NCBI RefSeq assembly: GCF_964355755.1
Contig: NC_092673.1
Coordinates: 20,519,648-20,583,647, forward strand
DNA length: 64,000 nucleotides
Source: Antedon mediterranea
Taxonomy: Eukaryota; Animalia; Echinodermata
Direction of reading: 5' to 3'
This document shows, one piece after another, positions 1-14,692 of the stretch. The notes under the pieces were generated by a model. It made no database searches. It saw only the letters and a list, made by a program, of their open reading frames with translations, and had not been told where the DNA came from. Both the position numbers and the translations under genes were made by a program. Positions within the stretch are counted from its first letter, which is position 1. Every line of letters begins with the position of its first letter.

Positions 1-243
1 ATTACACTCAGATTCAAGTAGGTAGATACAATCAGACATAAGGCCTACAATTTTCATTGGTCACTATGAGAAGAAGCGGATTGATTATGCACAGTAATAA
101 CATTTAGTTTGGTGCAATAGTGAGCGGAACGCAAGGACGTACGTGCATAGGGCACAATGACGTACACGCAATACAAGGACATACACGCAATACAAGGACA
201 TACGTACATCCGATGCAATTTGATGGTGTAACACGCGATCGTA

Positions 244-422
244 AAGCTTGGTTCCCACTACGCAACCTACGCACCGTGGAAATGCCCTTCTAATAATTGC
301 GTTTGCCCCGCCTGCGTGAAATCAGCATTGCTGCGTCGTCGGCTCCCACTTGTGATTACGCAATACAGTACTACGTCAATACGTTGTTGCGTTACGTTGC
401 GTCACTAGTGGCAACCACGCTT
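244..422 (+). mobile_element. MITE family B (same TIR as A, different core); other copies ~1190-1395, 3480-3664, 3675-3990, 4142-4384
   Basis: GGTTCCCACTA termini with core gcccttc..ataattg.gtttgccccgcctgcgtgaaatc. Confidence 0.7.
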
Positions 423-913
423 TAGGACGTTCACGCAACGCAAGGAAGTATACGCTATGCACGGACATATACGTGATGGAATTACGTAATTTTTACGGGA
501 TTCCCCATAAGTTACCATATCATTATACCCTTCTCCACATTGCCCTTCACTTTACTTGATTTTGTTCCACTTGCAGGTCACGGCAACTCCAATGTTCGTT
601 CCATTTCTACAACAAAATCTAAATTTAATTCGTGTATTGTTTCATGTTGTTGCACCAGATAAATATCTATGGTGCCAAGAGGTCCGAATAATGTAAGCTA
701 GAAAAAACGAAACCAATTAGTCTTAAAATACTCTAGGTCGCTGCTGCAGGCAAGTGCAACGTAATAAATACGGTGTGCAAATTATATGTTATAATGAAAT
801 AACTAATACTAATAGCGAATAGATCCTTTCTTCGATACGGTAAATTGAATTTGTTGAAAGGAAGATATCACTGTACGCTAGTATAGTTTCCAAGTGTACA
901 GTATTCCTTCTTA

Positions 914-1092
914 AGCTTGGTTCCCACTAGAACGTAACGCAAGGACGTAAACGCAACGCAAGCGTTTTAACCAATGACAAGCGAAGTTATAGACAGTTAG
1001 CAATCACAAGCGAATAAGCCATCGCTTGTGATTGGTCAATTCACTTGCGTTGCGTTACGTCCTTGTTTTGCGTCGCTAGTGGGAACCACGCT
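914..1092 (+). mobile_element. 179-bp MITE family A (PIF/Harbinger Tourist-like)
   Basis: TIR AGCTTGGTTCCCACTAG / CTAGTGGGAACCACGCT, TTA on both sides. Confidence 0.85.
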
Positions 1093-3788
1093 TTAGGAAC
1101 ATTCCTATTTTGTAGGGTATCTTGTCCTATAGGCCAACCTCTGGGATGCTCCTATTAAAAAGAAATGGTTGTTTTAGAAGGTGCCCCTTTGGTTCCCACC
1201 AGCGACGCAACGTAATGTGATCTACGCAAGAAAATGTCCTTCCCATAATTGTGCTTGCCCCCCTGCGTGAAATCAAACCTGCGATGTTTGCAGCACTGTT
1301 GCGGTCGTCAGTTCGCACTTGTGATTACGCAATACAGCACTTTTCGTCAATACGTCGCTGCTTTGCAATTGCGTCGCTATAGTCGGAACCACATTTTATC
1401 AGAGAGTTCCAATGTATAGATTTGTACAGTGGACAACTCCTTCTGCGCACGCTCAGAAACTTACAAGCCAGGTAAATGACTTTTTGACTCGATATACAGT
1501 TGTGATAATCGACTGACGCGTGCTGAAAACGACCATATCCTTACTGTTTATAGAGATGTTTTATTTAATGCCAATACAATTGTGAGCCTATTCTCATCAT
1601 TGCATTGCATTTTCATCATACAAGAATACAAATTAATGTTGTGAAAGAAATTACCAGTAATTGCATTGCTGCTATTAACCAATATGATTGGCAACTACTG
1701 AAGTAAATTTTGTTTTCATTGTGAGTAATATTAATGAAGGACAATAAGTAATCGATTTAAAATGAATTTAACTCAGAAAGAAAATATCGTCAATGTATTG
1801 ATCTTAAGGGTCAATCCCGTTTATATTATACTTGTTGCATAATTCGGATACGTTGATCGGAGACAACGAGACATCCAGGAATATACCGAAATACTCTTGA
1901 AAGGGGCAGATGTAGGCTAAGTAAAAAAGTAAGAGAGCTAATTATGTTTTCTTAACCAACAACAATAGACGCACGCGCGAATATATCTTTACTTTATCGT
2001 TTAGGAACGTGCGGCTATAACTTAGCTCTATTTTATTTTTGTGCTCGCTTAAGCCGTATTGAAAAATAGGTAGGCCTGTTATTATAACTCAGTAAATACG
2101 TTTGCGAGACCTAATACAAACAGAAGCAGGTGAGCACAGAATCTTTTTTTTTTTTCTAAATTAAACAAAGATATATAATAATAAGTAAGAGCGGATGGCA
2201 CGATACTATAACTGCTTCCTTAAATAAATGGCGTCTCTATTTAACCGAGTCGTCACTTGTATAGTCACGTATCTCGTTGTGCGTGGATTTAGATATTTCA
2301 TTAGGCGCCTTTATGATTATTACGTGATCGCATCATCTGACGCATGCCTCATACATTCTAAATCCAATGCTTCATTCCCTCTTCATTTCGGTGGTCAATC
2401 GGAATTTCTATCATGCACTCATTAAGGTTTTTCGGTTTTATTTTCAACTTTGATAACAAAATTAACACTATACGTCTCTCTTTTGGATCGTCAAATTCGT
2501 CGATCTTTGACCGTCCGTCTGTCAGTCTGTCTCAATGCTTGATTGCTGTCATTAAATCCCATAAGCAAGTATTCATTTTATTGTTTTCATTCGTGAATGT
2601 TGGGTTGATTGTCATATTTGTTGATAAAACATTTGACATAGCTCCCGTATGCAATTACATCACGTTATATCATCATAATATTTCTGTTGTTAGTTTGTTA
2701 TTGAATTCATAGTGCATTTATAACTATTTTATGGGTGATTTTCTCATCTGTTACTAATCAGAATTTGACGTCATTACAAAAGATTCAAAATGTAGCAGCT
2801 GTATACGCTTATTGATGTTGTTTTTAATACCTAACATTAAATAAACTCATAATAACCACAGAGCATACAGCTATCAAAATAAAAAGTCAAAATGTTAATC
2901 AAAAGTGATTATGATTAAGGTAACTCGTATGCTAATCATATCTGTAAGAATGAATTGTGACAGAACCACGCGATTAAGTTTTCCAACTAGGTGAAATAAA
3001 ATTATTCACGCTAATCGAAATCTTTGGTTGTGCGCATGCGTATTTATATTCACGTCTACTCGTACAGTACTCAATTGCGATGCTAGAAAATCAGAGCTCA
3101 GAAATGATCGATTCGCCAGAATTGATTCGCCTAGTGGAAAACAGGCTTAACTTTTGTTTTCAACAGTTTTTTTTTGTATGTAATTGTAACTGTCATTCTT
3201 AATTACTAGGTTTTTTTCAAATATTAAATATATTTCACGTTATGTACTTCAAATAACTCTCTTTCACGTACAGGAATATTTTACACATGCATGCACAAAA
3301 TAAATAGTTGATTGGATCAACTTGTAACACACTTTTGTTGTTTCAGCATAAGCTTTGACCCATATATAAGGAAGAAAGACACCAATATCGTACGTTTTTC
3401 ATCGAAGCACACAATTGTGATGCAGTGGGAAATGATTGTCCCGTGTTTCCGTAAGCTTATATACGTTGATTTCATGGTAAAGCGTGGTTTCCACTGGCGA
3501 CGAAACGTAACGCAATCTACGCAACGTAAGAAAATTCCCTTCCAATTATTGCGTTTGCTCCCGCCTGCGTGAAATCAAACCTACGATGTTTTCAGCACTA
3601 TTGAGTCGTCGGTTTCCACCTGTGATTATGCTGCTGCGTTGCGTCTCTATTGGGAACCGCGCTTTACATGTACAGCGTGGTTCCCACAAGAACGCAACGC
3701 AGCGAATTCGTGACGAAAAGCGATGTATTGCGTAATAAAAAGTGGGAGGCGGGGCCGAGCACGATTATTGGAAGGGCATTTTCTCTTA

Positions 3789-3967
3789 AGCGTGGTTCCC
3801 ACTAGCGACGCAACGCAAGGACGTAACGCAACGCAAGTGAATTGACCAATCACAAGCGATGGCTTATTCGCTTGTGATTGCTAACTGCCTATAACTTCGC
3901 TTGTCATTGGTTAAAACGCTTGCGTTGCGTTTACGTCCTTGCGTTACGTTCTAGTGGGAACCAAGCT
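3789..3967 (-). mobile_element. MITE family A copy inserted in a related family-B element
   Basis: Near-identical reverse complement of 914-1092. Confidence 0.85.
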
Positions 3968-6029
3968 TACCGTTGCGCTTACGTCTTTAAAAACACATGC
4001 TACTGGTACGTAAAGATTACACTCAGATTCAAGTAGGTAGATACACTCAGACATAAGTAGGTAGGCCTACAATTTTCATTGGTCACTATGAGAAGAAGCG
4101 GATTGATTATGCATAGTAATAACATTTAGTTTGGTGTAATAGTGGTTCCCACTAGAACGCAACGCAACGACTTATCGACGCAAAGTGCTGTATTGCGTAA
4201 TCACAAGTGGGAACCGACGACACAACAATGCTGCAAACATAGCAGGTTTGATTTTACGCAGGCGGGGGCAAACACAATATTTGGAAGGGCATTTTCTTAC
4301 GTTGCGTAGTTGCGTCGCTAGTGGGAACCAAGCTTACGTTACGAAGGTTGCGTTACGTTGCGTCGCTAGTGGGAACCAAGTTTAACGAAGTATTGCGTCA
4401 AATCCCGTGTAAAATTAAAATAAAAAAATAAAAGACATAATATTTGGATTATTTTCGATGATTTTAGTCTAATCAAGCCCTTTTATCCTATGTCTGGCTG
4501 CGACAAATACCAACATACTGTGCGCCTATTGTCCGCGGCGCGCGTTATCTGTTAAGTGGCGTGTCGCAGCCACAGATAAACCCTTTTATCTCCGGAGCTC
4601 AGCATCCTGTTGTTAGATTTACCTGGTCTAATCATGGAAACCCTGGAGCTGTTAAGGCACATTGTAACCTCTGATGAACCTTTGATGTAAGGTTTTCATG
4701 TAATATCACTCTTATCAAGGTCTAATTTACAGTATTTCTAATGTATTTCATTAAACAATTGTCTGTTTCTGTTTAATCAGATTCCAAAATTGTTTTAATA
4801 TTATTTTGTAACTGGTGGTTTTATTTAGATCTGTGTTGTAGCGTTTTCAGAATTTCTAAATGATTTTCTAAATAAACTAGCAAGATCTAGTACACTTTAC
4901 ACTACAATGATTTATCGTTTCTTATCCTACACTAGTTTCAGCAAATTAAATTCTAGGCTTATCATCGCCGCAACCAAATTTACCCTAATTTATAATGGCC
5001 TACATAATTACGAATTGTGTTATCTTTTTATTTTAACTGCTATCCAAAACTCGGGATTGCAAACTAGATCTCATTGAAGCATTCAGGTCTAAATTGCGCA
5101 ATTCTGGTTCAATCAATCCCCAATTTTGTTAATACATATTATTAGTAATTGGATGCAACACAAAACAGAGGCACAGGGCAAGTAATTGCGGCGCCTTCGT
5201 CCATGTGGGAACCGAGCTTTAGGCGTATCATTTAAACCCTTAACTCTGAAATTGGTATGCAAGCCCTGATAGGTTAGCCTAGTTATACAACCATTAGTGC
5301 TTGAACTAATTGTTACTAATATTCAATATGTAATCATTTAGTTGCATTAATCATACTCCTTCAACTACTGCATCACCAGTTTTAACTTTAACAACAATTT
5401 GGATTAGAAAAAATAAAAGTAAATGAAAAAGGAACACATTTACTGTAACACGTTCTTTAAATACTTCACCATTCATAATTGTCTGTTATTGACAAATGAA
5501 TCGCTTTACTTGCTTAAGTTCCATTTATATGTTTAATGTCCATTGGATGGCTGTCTGCTATTTTCATTTGACATGCATATCACGAGTATGATTAAAGATG
5601 TCGTAAGTTTGATGAAACTCGACAGAACGTGGTTACAATTTAAAACAAAGTAAAATCATTTCAGCTTATCTTAGCTAATTTTGTAGTATTACTTGTGACT
5701 TGTTTAATAGAGCAAGCATTATCTGTGTTTTACGTTTTATAATTCAACACATTTATAGATAAGTTAATATCAACAGAAAGTAAACAGGTGTTTATATGTA
5801 TTAATAATAAATTAATAATGAAATTGATAGAATGATATTATCTATACAGCAGTACTTTATGTCACTTAGACTTAGGACAAATGGACAGAACAAACTTATA
5901 ATTCTAAAGTTGTATTTCCGTCATCTAGCTTTAATGTTCGCAAAACCAGTTAACGTTGCTTCCATTGGATTTATCCATTCATATTTTTTTTTTAGACTTT
6001 AGACGCTCCAACAGAACACTTCCAATTGC

Positions 6030-6360
6030 CATAACTATCAATGAACAAAATATTGAAATGGTCGAGAAATTTAAGTATCTTGGTGTTGTGCTTGACTGGG
6101 AAAACAACACTTTATCTTACAAAACGAGCTGAGCAAGGCAGAGAATGTTTTTCCCGAAAACTTAAAAGCTTCAATGCTTACCTTAGTGATGCTTACCTTA
6201 GTGAAATAAGGAGGCAAAAAGTAGTTACTCATATCACATGTGGAATTAGAAGTGTTCTTTTATTCGGCTCAATTGTCTGGTTCTCGAATCTAACTCAGAA
6301 ACAAACTAGCTAAACATGTAAATTGGGCCAGTAAAATCATCGGAATTAACATTGAACCCT
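6030..6360 (+). mobile_element. Degenerate LINE RT C-terminal fragment (Rex1/Babar-L2-like)
   Basis: Frameshifted TINEQNIEMVEKFKYLGVVLD then ...RKLKSFN...IRSVLLFGSIVWFSNLT. Confidence 0.7.
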
Positions 6361-9300
6361 CTAAATAAATTCTTTAAGCTTAACTGGTAGACTGATGATC
6401 ACTCTAAATCAAAACACTAATATTTGCCGCCAATCATTTGTTTATAATTATATTCATGTATTTAGCCTAATAGCAAGTTTGTTTGATATCTGTAATATTT
6501 TTGTTTTCTTTATTTATGTGTATATTGTATGACGCGTGGTTGTGGTATTCAGAAATATTGAACTATATACTGTTGTAAAGATTGAAACACGCAGGAGAAA
6601 AAAACATAAAAATGATGTCACGAACATGCACAAATATAGCGCTGAGCCTAAATCGGTCATTTGTATTTTAGTATATAGGCTTACTCCATATAAAGATTGA
6701 AATATTGGCTTACACTTTTTTCCACTGATTTTCTGGGTTTAAAGGTTTATTATCGACGACAAATCCTAGTCCAAGTCGTAATTTATTTTATTTGAGCGAA
6801 AAAATAAGTAAAATAAGATTTTATTTCTATATTTGAAAAAATCATAATAATGAATGTTGTATTTGTAACTTCGTATTGCTTGAGCTAAACATAATTTGTT
6901 ATATTAGATGCTAGTAAAATCAAACATCAATTATCGTAAAAATAAAATCTTCCTTTGAAATATGAAATATTAAAAAAATGTCATCGGATGGTGGAGAGTG
7001 ACCGAGTTTTGCTTCCATGTCTTGCATTACTACATCTGAAAGATATTAAGAATTCGTCGAGAATATAGGTCTATCCGTTCTATCAGTTTTCTTTTACACG
7101 GTCTATTTTCATCTGTTATGGACATTCATTTTATTCGATGGTCATTACTATTAAACCGGAGGATAAATCCGACTTACCTTAATTTCAGTATTTTCAGTTG
7201 GTCAAGATTGTTTACATATTTTGCAATCAGCCCTCATAAAGAGAGGACTATGTCGTAATCTGAACAAAAATAAATCTCCAAGGAGTATAATATAATAATT
7301 TATTGGCACTGCACTTTTTTTTATCAGTGACACACTTCAACTTCTGAATGTGTATCCAAATAAACACAATATAACAATAAACAAAGAGGAATACAAAAAT
7401 GGGAATAAATAAATAAATAAATAAATAAATGGGAATGTACATTCCTACTAAGAAACAAAAGACTACCAACATCACACCAAGTTACACTGATCATATTATG
7501 GGAAATAAACTGCTGTGTCATTTAAGATTCAAGATTTTTAAAAAAATTAACAAACACAGGAACGATTTACTTTTTTTTTCTGATTGTTAGTATTATTTTA
7601 GTGTTTGGTTTGATTTTGTGTCCAGGTGTTTCTCTGTCATCATCCATCGTGTCGTGATTGGTCAATTCAGTTACGTTACGCTATGCGTTGCGTCCTAGTG
7701 GGAAGGAATACTGATGAGTAAAGATTCTTAGTTTCGGCGTCTCGATCTTAATCTAAAAAAAAGTTGTTTCATCAATTAAATGTGAAGCTAGGACTTGCTT
7801 ACTGATGTTTATATAAATGTCATTCATGGTTATTTTGCCATGTCTGCCATATAAATCCCCATCTTCAATTTCCGGATTATGTAGATACTAAAGAGATTTT
7901 TTCATCATCAAAACTATGTTAATATGTTTGCGATTTATTATCTTGTACTTTCCCTTATCTATCAGAATGTATATGCAAAAGTTTTACGCGTAGCACTTAC
8001 GTATGTTCAGAATCAAATGTTTGTAAATAGGTATTTAGCATAATGAAAAACAGTCTCCAAAGATGAAAAAGATACTCATAATTTGTTGTTCACAAATAAC
8101 TTAGAAACTATTATTACCTAGTGTATCAAACCTTTTTTCACATACTGATCCGTTTTGCTTCGTATAAAATGCTGATAAAGTACTGATAATTCCTATAATG
8201 TTCGAAACGTTAAATAAACTTTAAAAAAAAAAATACTTAGGCCTAAAAGAAAACTAAATGAGAGAAACATGTTTGTAAAACAAATTAAATATCCATGTAA
8301 AAGGAAAAACGACCTACATTACTGGATGAGTACAACTCACTATAAAATCACGGATTATATTAATATTCATTTTTAATAACTATATCGCCCCTTTAGCAAC
8401 ACTTTTGCACATCTTACTTACGATTTACTTATACATACTTATGTATTTTTAATCCGTACTGGCAATTTTTTTCTTTTAGGCCTTATAAACCTTCATTTTC
8501 CCGTGGGCGGAAGTCAAATGCTTATGAGTATATTAAGCCTATTTAACATTTTCCCCTGTCATAGTTTTGTATGACTAGTTCCTGCAGTCAAGAGTAACTT
8601 GATTAATAAGTTTTTATAAAATATAGTCTGTAATGTTTGATCTCAACAGAGACAACCATGTTATCTGTAGTTTGACAATGAAACGCAATAGATTCGGGAC
8701 GATTAAATCATTATTATACCAAACAAAATGTCCTGGGGTTTTATACAGCTCTTAATGTAGCGCCATCAATAATGTTCACACTTTTATTTATTAACACCGA
8801 CCGGGGGAACAAACTAAGCAGTTCAGTTGTAGTCAGCAGTACGTTTCAGGTAAATGGTAAACTACAGTCTTTCACTGTATTCCAATTACTGTACAGGTAA
8901 TATGCGAATGATAATGTGCTGATGATACAAAACTGATCATTATGAATTCATTGAGAATTAATGTTTATATATACGACTAATGACAAGAAGAATGCGTAAA
9001 TGCATAATATCAGAATCATATTCGTATAATGCAATGATATATACAAATGCACTATAACCCATTTAAAGGTGACCACTAAAGGTGACCCAACAAAGTGTCC
9101 CATTGATAGAGGTGTCCCATGAATACGGGTTGGCCTAGTGTCCCCTGGGCTTATTCCAGAGGAAATGTTTTGCTGTATTGTTTTGAAATCCTCCATGATT
9201 TTATTCTCGACAATTGTTACGTACCTATTTTGTGAATGTTTTGACAGCGTATAATATTAACCATGGACAACAATGCATTTGAATTTTCTAACCTTATTGA

Positions 9301-12300
9301 TAGTGAAAAATCGATCGTATCTAGATCAAAGAGAGAGGAATACTATAAAGTCTATAGTCAGTACATTACCGGTGCTGCTTTCAACTGGTATTGAGATGCA
9401 ATCATTTAACAATGGCAGAACAAAAATAACAGCGTATCAAATATAGCCGAGTTATTATTTCAATGATATCCTTGAAACTAACAAAGGTTCGAGGAAATTA
9501 AACAATTAATACCAATTGATCACTTAGATTTTATGTCGCAGATATTGGATTTAGTAGATGCTCATTTTTAGTCAGTGGAACAAATATGATTTATTGCTTA
9601 TAGAAGCAACGTCATAGTAAATAAATTATGATTCTGGCATCCCGATGATGATCACGTTTTTTATTTTGTTGAAATCATAGAAAAAATTGGTCTGCAAGGA
9701 CTTAAAGTAAATTGAACTAAACTCCTTGAATACAAAAAGCAACATTTGGTGTGTATTTATCATATGAACTACAAATCATTTAGTTAAGGTATAGATTTTT
9801 GATTTATTTTACCTTTTTCTCAATCAATTTGTGTGACTGAAACGGTTCCAAATAAGTGCATAAAACTCACGTGTAGATAGTCTTTAAATCTATGTTTCTA
9901 AACATCATTTTAAGCGTTAAATGTTATACAAACGATAAAAATCACATCGATTTGAGTGAACTGAAACGGTTAAAAAAAAGTGCATAAAACTCACGTGTAC
10001 TAATAGTACTAAAAATGTTAATCAATCGTTTATTGTTATAAAAATCAAAAATTACATCAAATTCAACGTTCCATGACACTCAATATGTTTTTAATATTCC
10101 TATACTCTTTAAAAAAATAAATTCATCATTTCAGCGTGTACATTCAATGATCAATCTTATTTTATTGTATCCTGGTGATTTTAGCCTATTGTAAGTTGTT
10201 ATACTAGACCAACCAATCAGATGTCTTATCTCTGATACTATTTATTACGCGCTATCCTTACAACAAAATACATCTTATTCTTGTAGGTACGGTTGAAGTG
10301 TTGCGTTACGAGGAGCCAATCGCTTTCAAAAGTTTTCTGATCCATCGAATTGCGTTAATTGTTAGAAGCATGCGTTATGAGTAATGTTATTAAGGTTGTT
10401 CAACTGTTTGGTTTGACGATAAATATCAACTGCCGTTTTTTCTTTCAATTTTTAGAATTGGTCATTACTTGATGCTGGTCGTATGTGCCCTTATGCTTGT
10501 GTTGTAACACGTTTTGTACGCGTATAATCACTCACTACAGTATCTGATGTTGCGAACTTGGAGTAATCGCAGCCTTTTAAAAGCACCATGATCTCTTTGT
10601 CAACTATTCTTCTACAAGTATTTGTTATACTATCAGTGTATATAAAAGGTAAAACAATTTTATTTATTAATTTTAAATACGCTTTCATATTGATATTATC
10701 AGTGTAGGCCTATACAAATTTTGTAATTAAAAAAATATAAATATATTATTTGAAAATTATTATCAGTGTATATAAAACAGATTTTTTGTTTAAATTAAAA
10801 AATATTAATTTATTAATTGGAATGTTTATACCCTGATTTGGCCTATATGTATAAATAGACGATTGGATTAACAATGACACAGCCAGTGTAAACATATCAC
10901 GTATTACGTATTACACCGAAATGTGCTGTCAATTAAAAACGAAGCTATCTTTTATCTCTCTTCCATTAAACTGATGCAAACCCATTTTTGTCTTTTATGA
11001 TCATACATTCAATTAAATTCAATATGTCTAATTTTTAAAATCAAACTTAAAACAAGAAAAAAGAGAAATTAAACATGTTTACGTACGGTATACTATAGGC
11101 CTATTCCATTTTTTTCTTTTTATGAACATACATTTTGTCTGATTCTTAAAACCAACCTTTGAAAAAGAAAAAAAAGAAATCAATCTCATTAATCAAAGAT
11201 TACTTTTTATACGGTATACTATAATTTGTATCGATTTTCATTATTGATTTTATTTTTTTTATCTATTAGTGATATTTGAGGTATTCAATTTTTCTAGTGT
11301 ACTTTTTTCTTCTAAGCCTGGCAGGTTTGAACAGGTGGTGTACGTTTGTGATTTGTTATATGTATTGTTGTAAAAGAAAATAACAACATCATGTCCGCAC
11401 TAAATTCATAATCATTTTCACAATTCCAACGGTGAATGCACGTAATATAATACAAAAAGCAACGTAAAATATGTATTTCGCTTTCACAATGCTTCGCAAT
11501 AAAAAAAAAGCTAATAAATGTTTAAAATATTTTATTATATTTATTACATTAGTTGTTACAATAAAAGATATAATAAAAGGTTTGTTATTGAAACTAATAA
11601 AGTATTATATTAAAAAATACAACTGTTACGTAATAATTATAACATACGGTAATAATTTATGACGCGAAAGAATATTAAATTTACAGCTCTCCATGCAATT
11701 ATGTTTTTTTACGCTTTATAGGCCCAATGACCAATAAATGTATTAACATTAATTAAACACATGTTGCATAACATTTTCAACGATTCATATTTATTACTTT
11801 TAAAATTGCTTAGTATGAACGTAACTTTACTTACATTATATTTGATAATGTATCGTGGACGAGCGCGTTCTAAAACTTCTTCTTTCTTCTTAACGTTTTC
11901 CGTCTTCCGACATTACGCTTTCCACAATTTGTTTCCATGTTTGTCTGTTTATGGCAGGATGGTTTGTTATTGTGTCTACATGTCCTTGTACGTCTTTCTT
12001 TATTTGATTCATCCAGTTATTTCTTGGTCTTCCTACGGGTCGTTTTACTAAAAATACCTCTTATTAACGCATTTCATCAAGCGTTTCTTCTTTTGGAGCG
12101 AAACAGAGTTCGTCTTTTTAAAAAAAAGGGAAAAAGAGATTGTCATGTTTGCGTTTCCTCATGACATAAAATATATATTATTTTAACCCGTCTATCATTA
12201 AACGTTAATAACAGGGGTACATGCGGGCAAATGCATCCGTAAGTAATACGGTACGAGAAACGTATGAACATGGATGAAATACAATTATGGGATTTAGTAG

Positions 12301-12671
12301 TATTACTAGCAAGAAGTAGGCCGTTTAGCACTCAGACTCGTCTGTATCTAATCACTTTCAACTTCTTCGTTTCTGAGGTTAAACTGAAATGCATTTAAAA
12401 ACGACAAAATCTTTATGGTAATTACAAAATATCTAGCATCCAACTGCTTTAGTGAAAACGTTATAAACTTGAAAAAGACATTTAAAACAACATCATACTA
12501 TGATAATTTATACAAAATATTTTACCAGCATCCGTATTGCTTTAAAAATTTACTGGACTTCAAAAACTAACAATTCTTTATGAAATTACACAATAAAATA
12601 CATTAACATCATCCGACTGCTTTAAACAGAATAAACATGAATACCACATAACTACCAGCATATTATGAGCG

Positions 12672-12985
12672 AGTCAAAAATGGCCGAGCGGTTGAGACAG
12701 GGGCGCCGTCCCGTACCTAAAGAATAGACAACATCGGCAAGCGATCGAGGCCGACTAGCTCATAGTTCTGGTGGTGGAACAAGTCTTCTCTGATAAGGTC
12801 CAGTGTACACAGTTATAACCTTATTAAATTCATTATTCGAGATGAGTAGGGGGGTCACCCCAGTGAACTGGTTCACAAAATAGCCCCTGTATCAGGGGGA
12901 TTACCACCTATCTGTTAGGACAGTGACTAATTTACTATTGGTAATCCTTGGCCACATTGCCAAAAGACATAAAATAAAAATTAAA
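12672..12985 (+). mobile_element. Degenerate tRNA-derived SINE (Deu/Nin-like central domain)
   Basis: A-box-like TGGCCGAGCGGTT, GTCTTCTCTGATAAGG...GAGTAGGGG, A-rich tail. Confidence 0.55.
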
Positions 12986-14692
12986 AATATGAATATAAAA
13001 AACCAACAAAATCGTTATGAAAATTACAAAATATTTTACCAGCATCCGTATTGCTTAAAAACTGACCGGACTTTAAAAAATGATAAGGTAAAATATATAA
13101 ATAAAATAACACCCGTACTGACGTTAAAACATGGCTATGTAGTTGCGTAGTATAATATCAACAAAACACATATATTTCGGTAGTACAGTCAGAGTAGTAA
13201 CATGTAGTGAAATAGACAAACGTCATATTTTTTTTTTTTTTGCTAGCATTTAATGCATTTGGCTTGTTGTTAATTGAGAACGATTTGTAAAAATTAAACA
13301 AAATAATGTTTATTGATTAATGGACATTTTAATTGATCTGGTAATTGACATTTATTTTATTCGGAGCATCCGATTTAACCTCAAATCATATAAATATAAT
13401 TGTCCATAATAAATTCCTGATTTATCTGTGCATAAAAATGCCTAAGTACAGTTATGAATAATTGCCTATATTAACGGATATAAACACAATAATATGTATC
13501 AAAAAAACGCACCAGTAACAGATGTGTATAAATAGTTCCTCAGTGACATCACAAAAAGAGCACAAAGTTGAAACACGCAAAAAGAAAATTCGTACAATAT
13601 CGCGCGTAAAACCTGTTTTTTACACATGGACGGACGTTAACTTGACGAATCGGAAACGTTAGTTACTGAGAATGCGCATTCAGAATTCCATTCACTTTTT
13701 GTGATGCGCAACCAATCAGAGTTCAGTATAGATGTTTGATTTTCGCAGATAGATTCGTGTTTTATACGTAGATAAAGTGTTGGTTAATAACAGCGAAATC
13801 TTGACATGATTATTTTCTCAAATCACACTATTTGAAATATAACACGAGTTAACATTATCCATGGAAAAGCTACATCAATATATTATAATACGCAGCAAAC
13901 TATAACTTCCTCTATACTATATATTACTATGCTGTTTTATTACTTGTATTTTATGTGTTATGATGTTCCGATCGTTCTATTTATGTTTGTATATGTCAAT
14001 GTGATTACCATGCTCTAACACTCATTCTTATCAATATTTGCTCAATAATTCATTGGTTTGGTGTAGTATGTCCAATTATGACAACATAGATTGTAAATTC
14101 CTTTAATAATGTGTTTCTCTCAATGTTGTTAATAATTAGGCAAACATTATTTTCAATTACAATATCACACACGTGTTGATTGAGTCTCGAAGGAAGAATG
14201 TAATAACTCCCATTATATTACTCGTGTCAAGTTCGATTACGTACATTTCCTTTAGCCGTTTTTGTGAATTAATAACCAAAACCAATTGATTTTTAGTAAA
14301 TGTTTTATTCTTTTGAAACCCCTTATTTCACTATATCTTAATTTCCGTCATGCCCGTTAGTATTTCTGCGAGTGCAGATGGAAATTGGTGAAATAAATAA
14401 CGACCTTAATATTAAGTAGCTATTCAATTCTTGTTATTTACGTTTTATATAATCATTATATACATTTAATGTATAGTTATTTTTCGTTTGTTATGCTTTC
14501 TTGCGGCTGTATTGCTCTGCTGCTATATTTTCGTTCATCATTACGATTATGAATATTTTTTTTAAATTATTATTATTTTATTATAATTATTTATTCATTA
14601 TCGCATATTATATTATACTTTTCCTAAGTTCTTTTTTTTTCTTTTAATTTCTTTTTTGTTTTACAAGACATTACATGTTTCTTTACTTGTAG

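Noticed and set aside
1127-4385. Short ORFs with VASLVG/VASGNQ-like peptides
   Set aside because: Translations of MITE inverted repeats.
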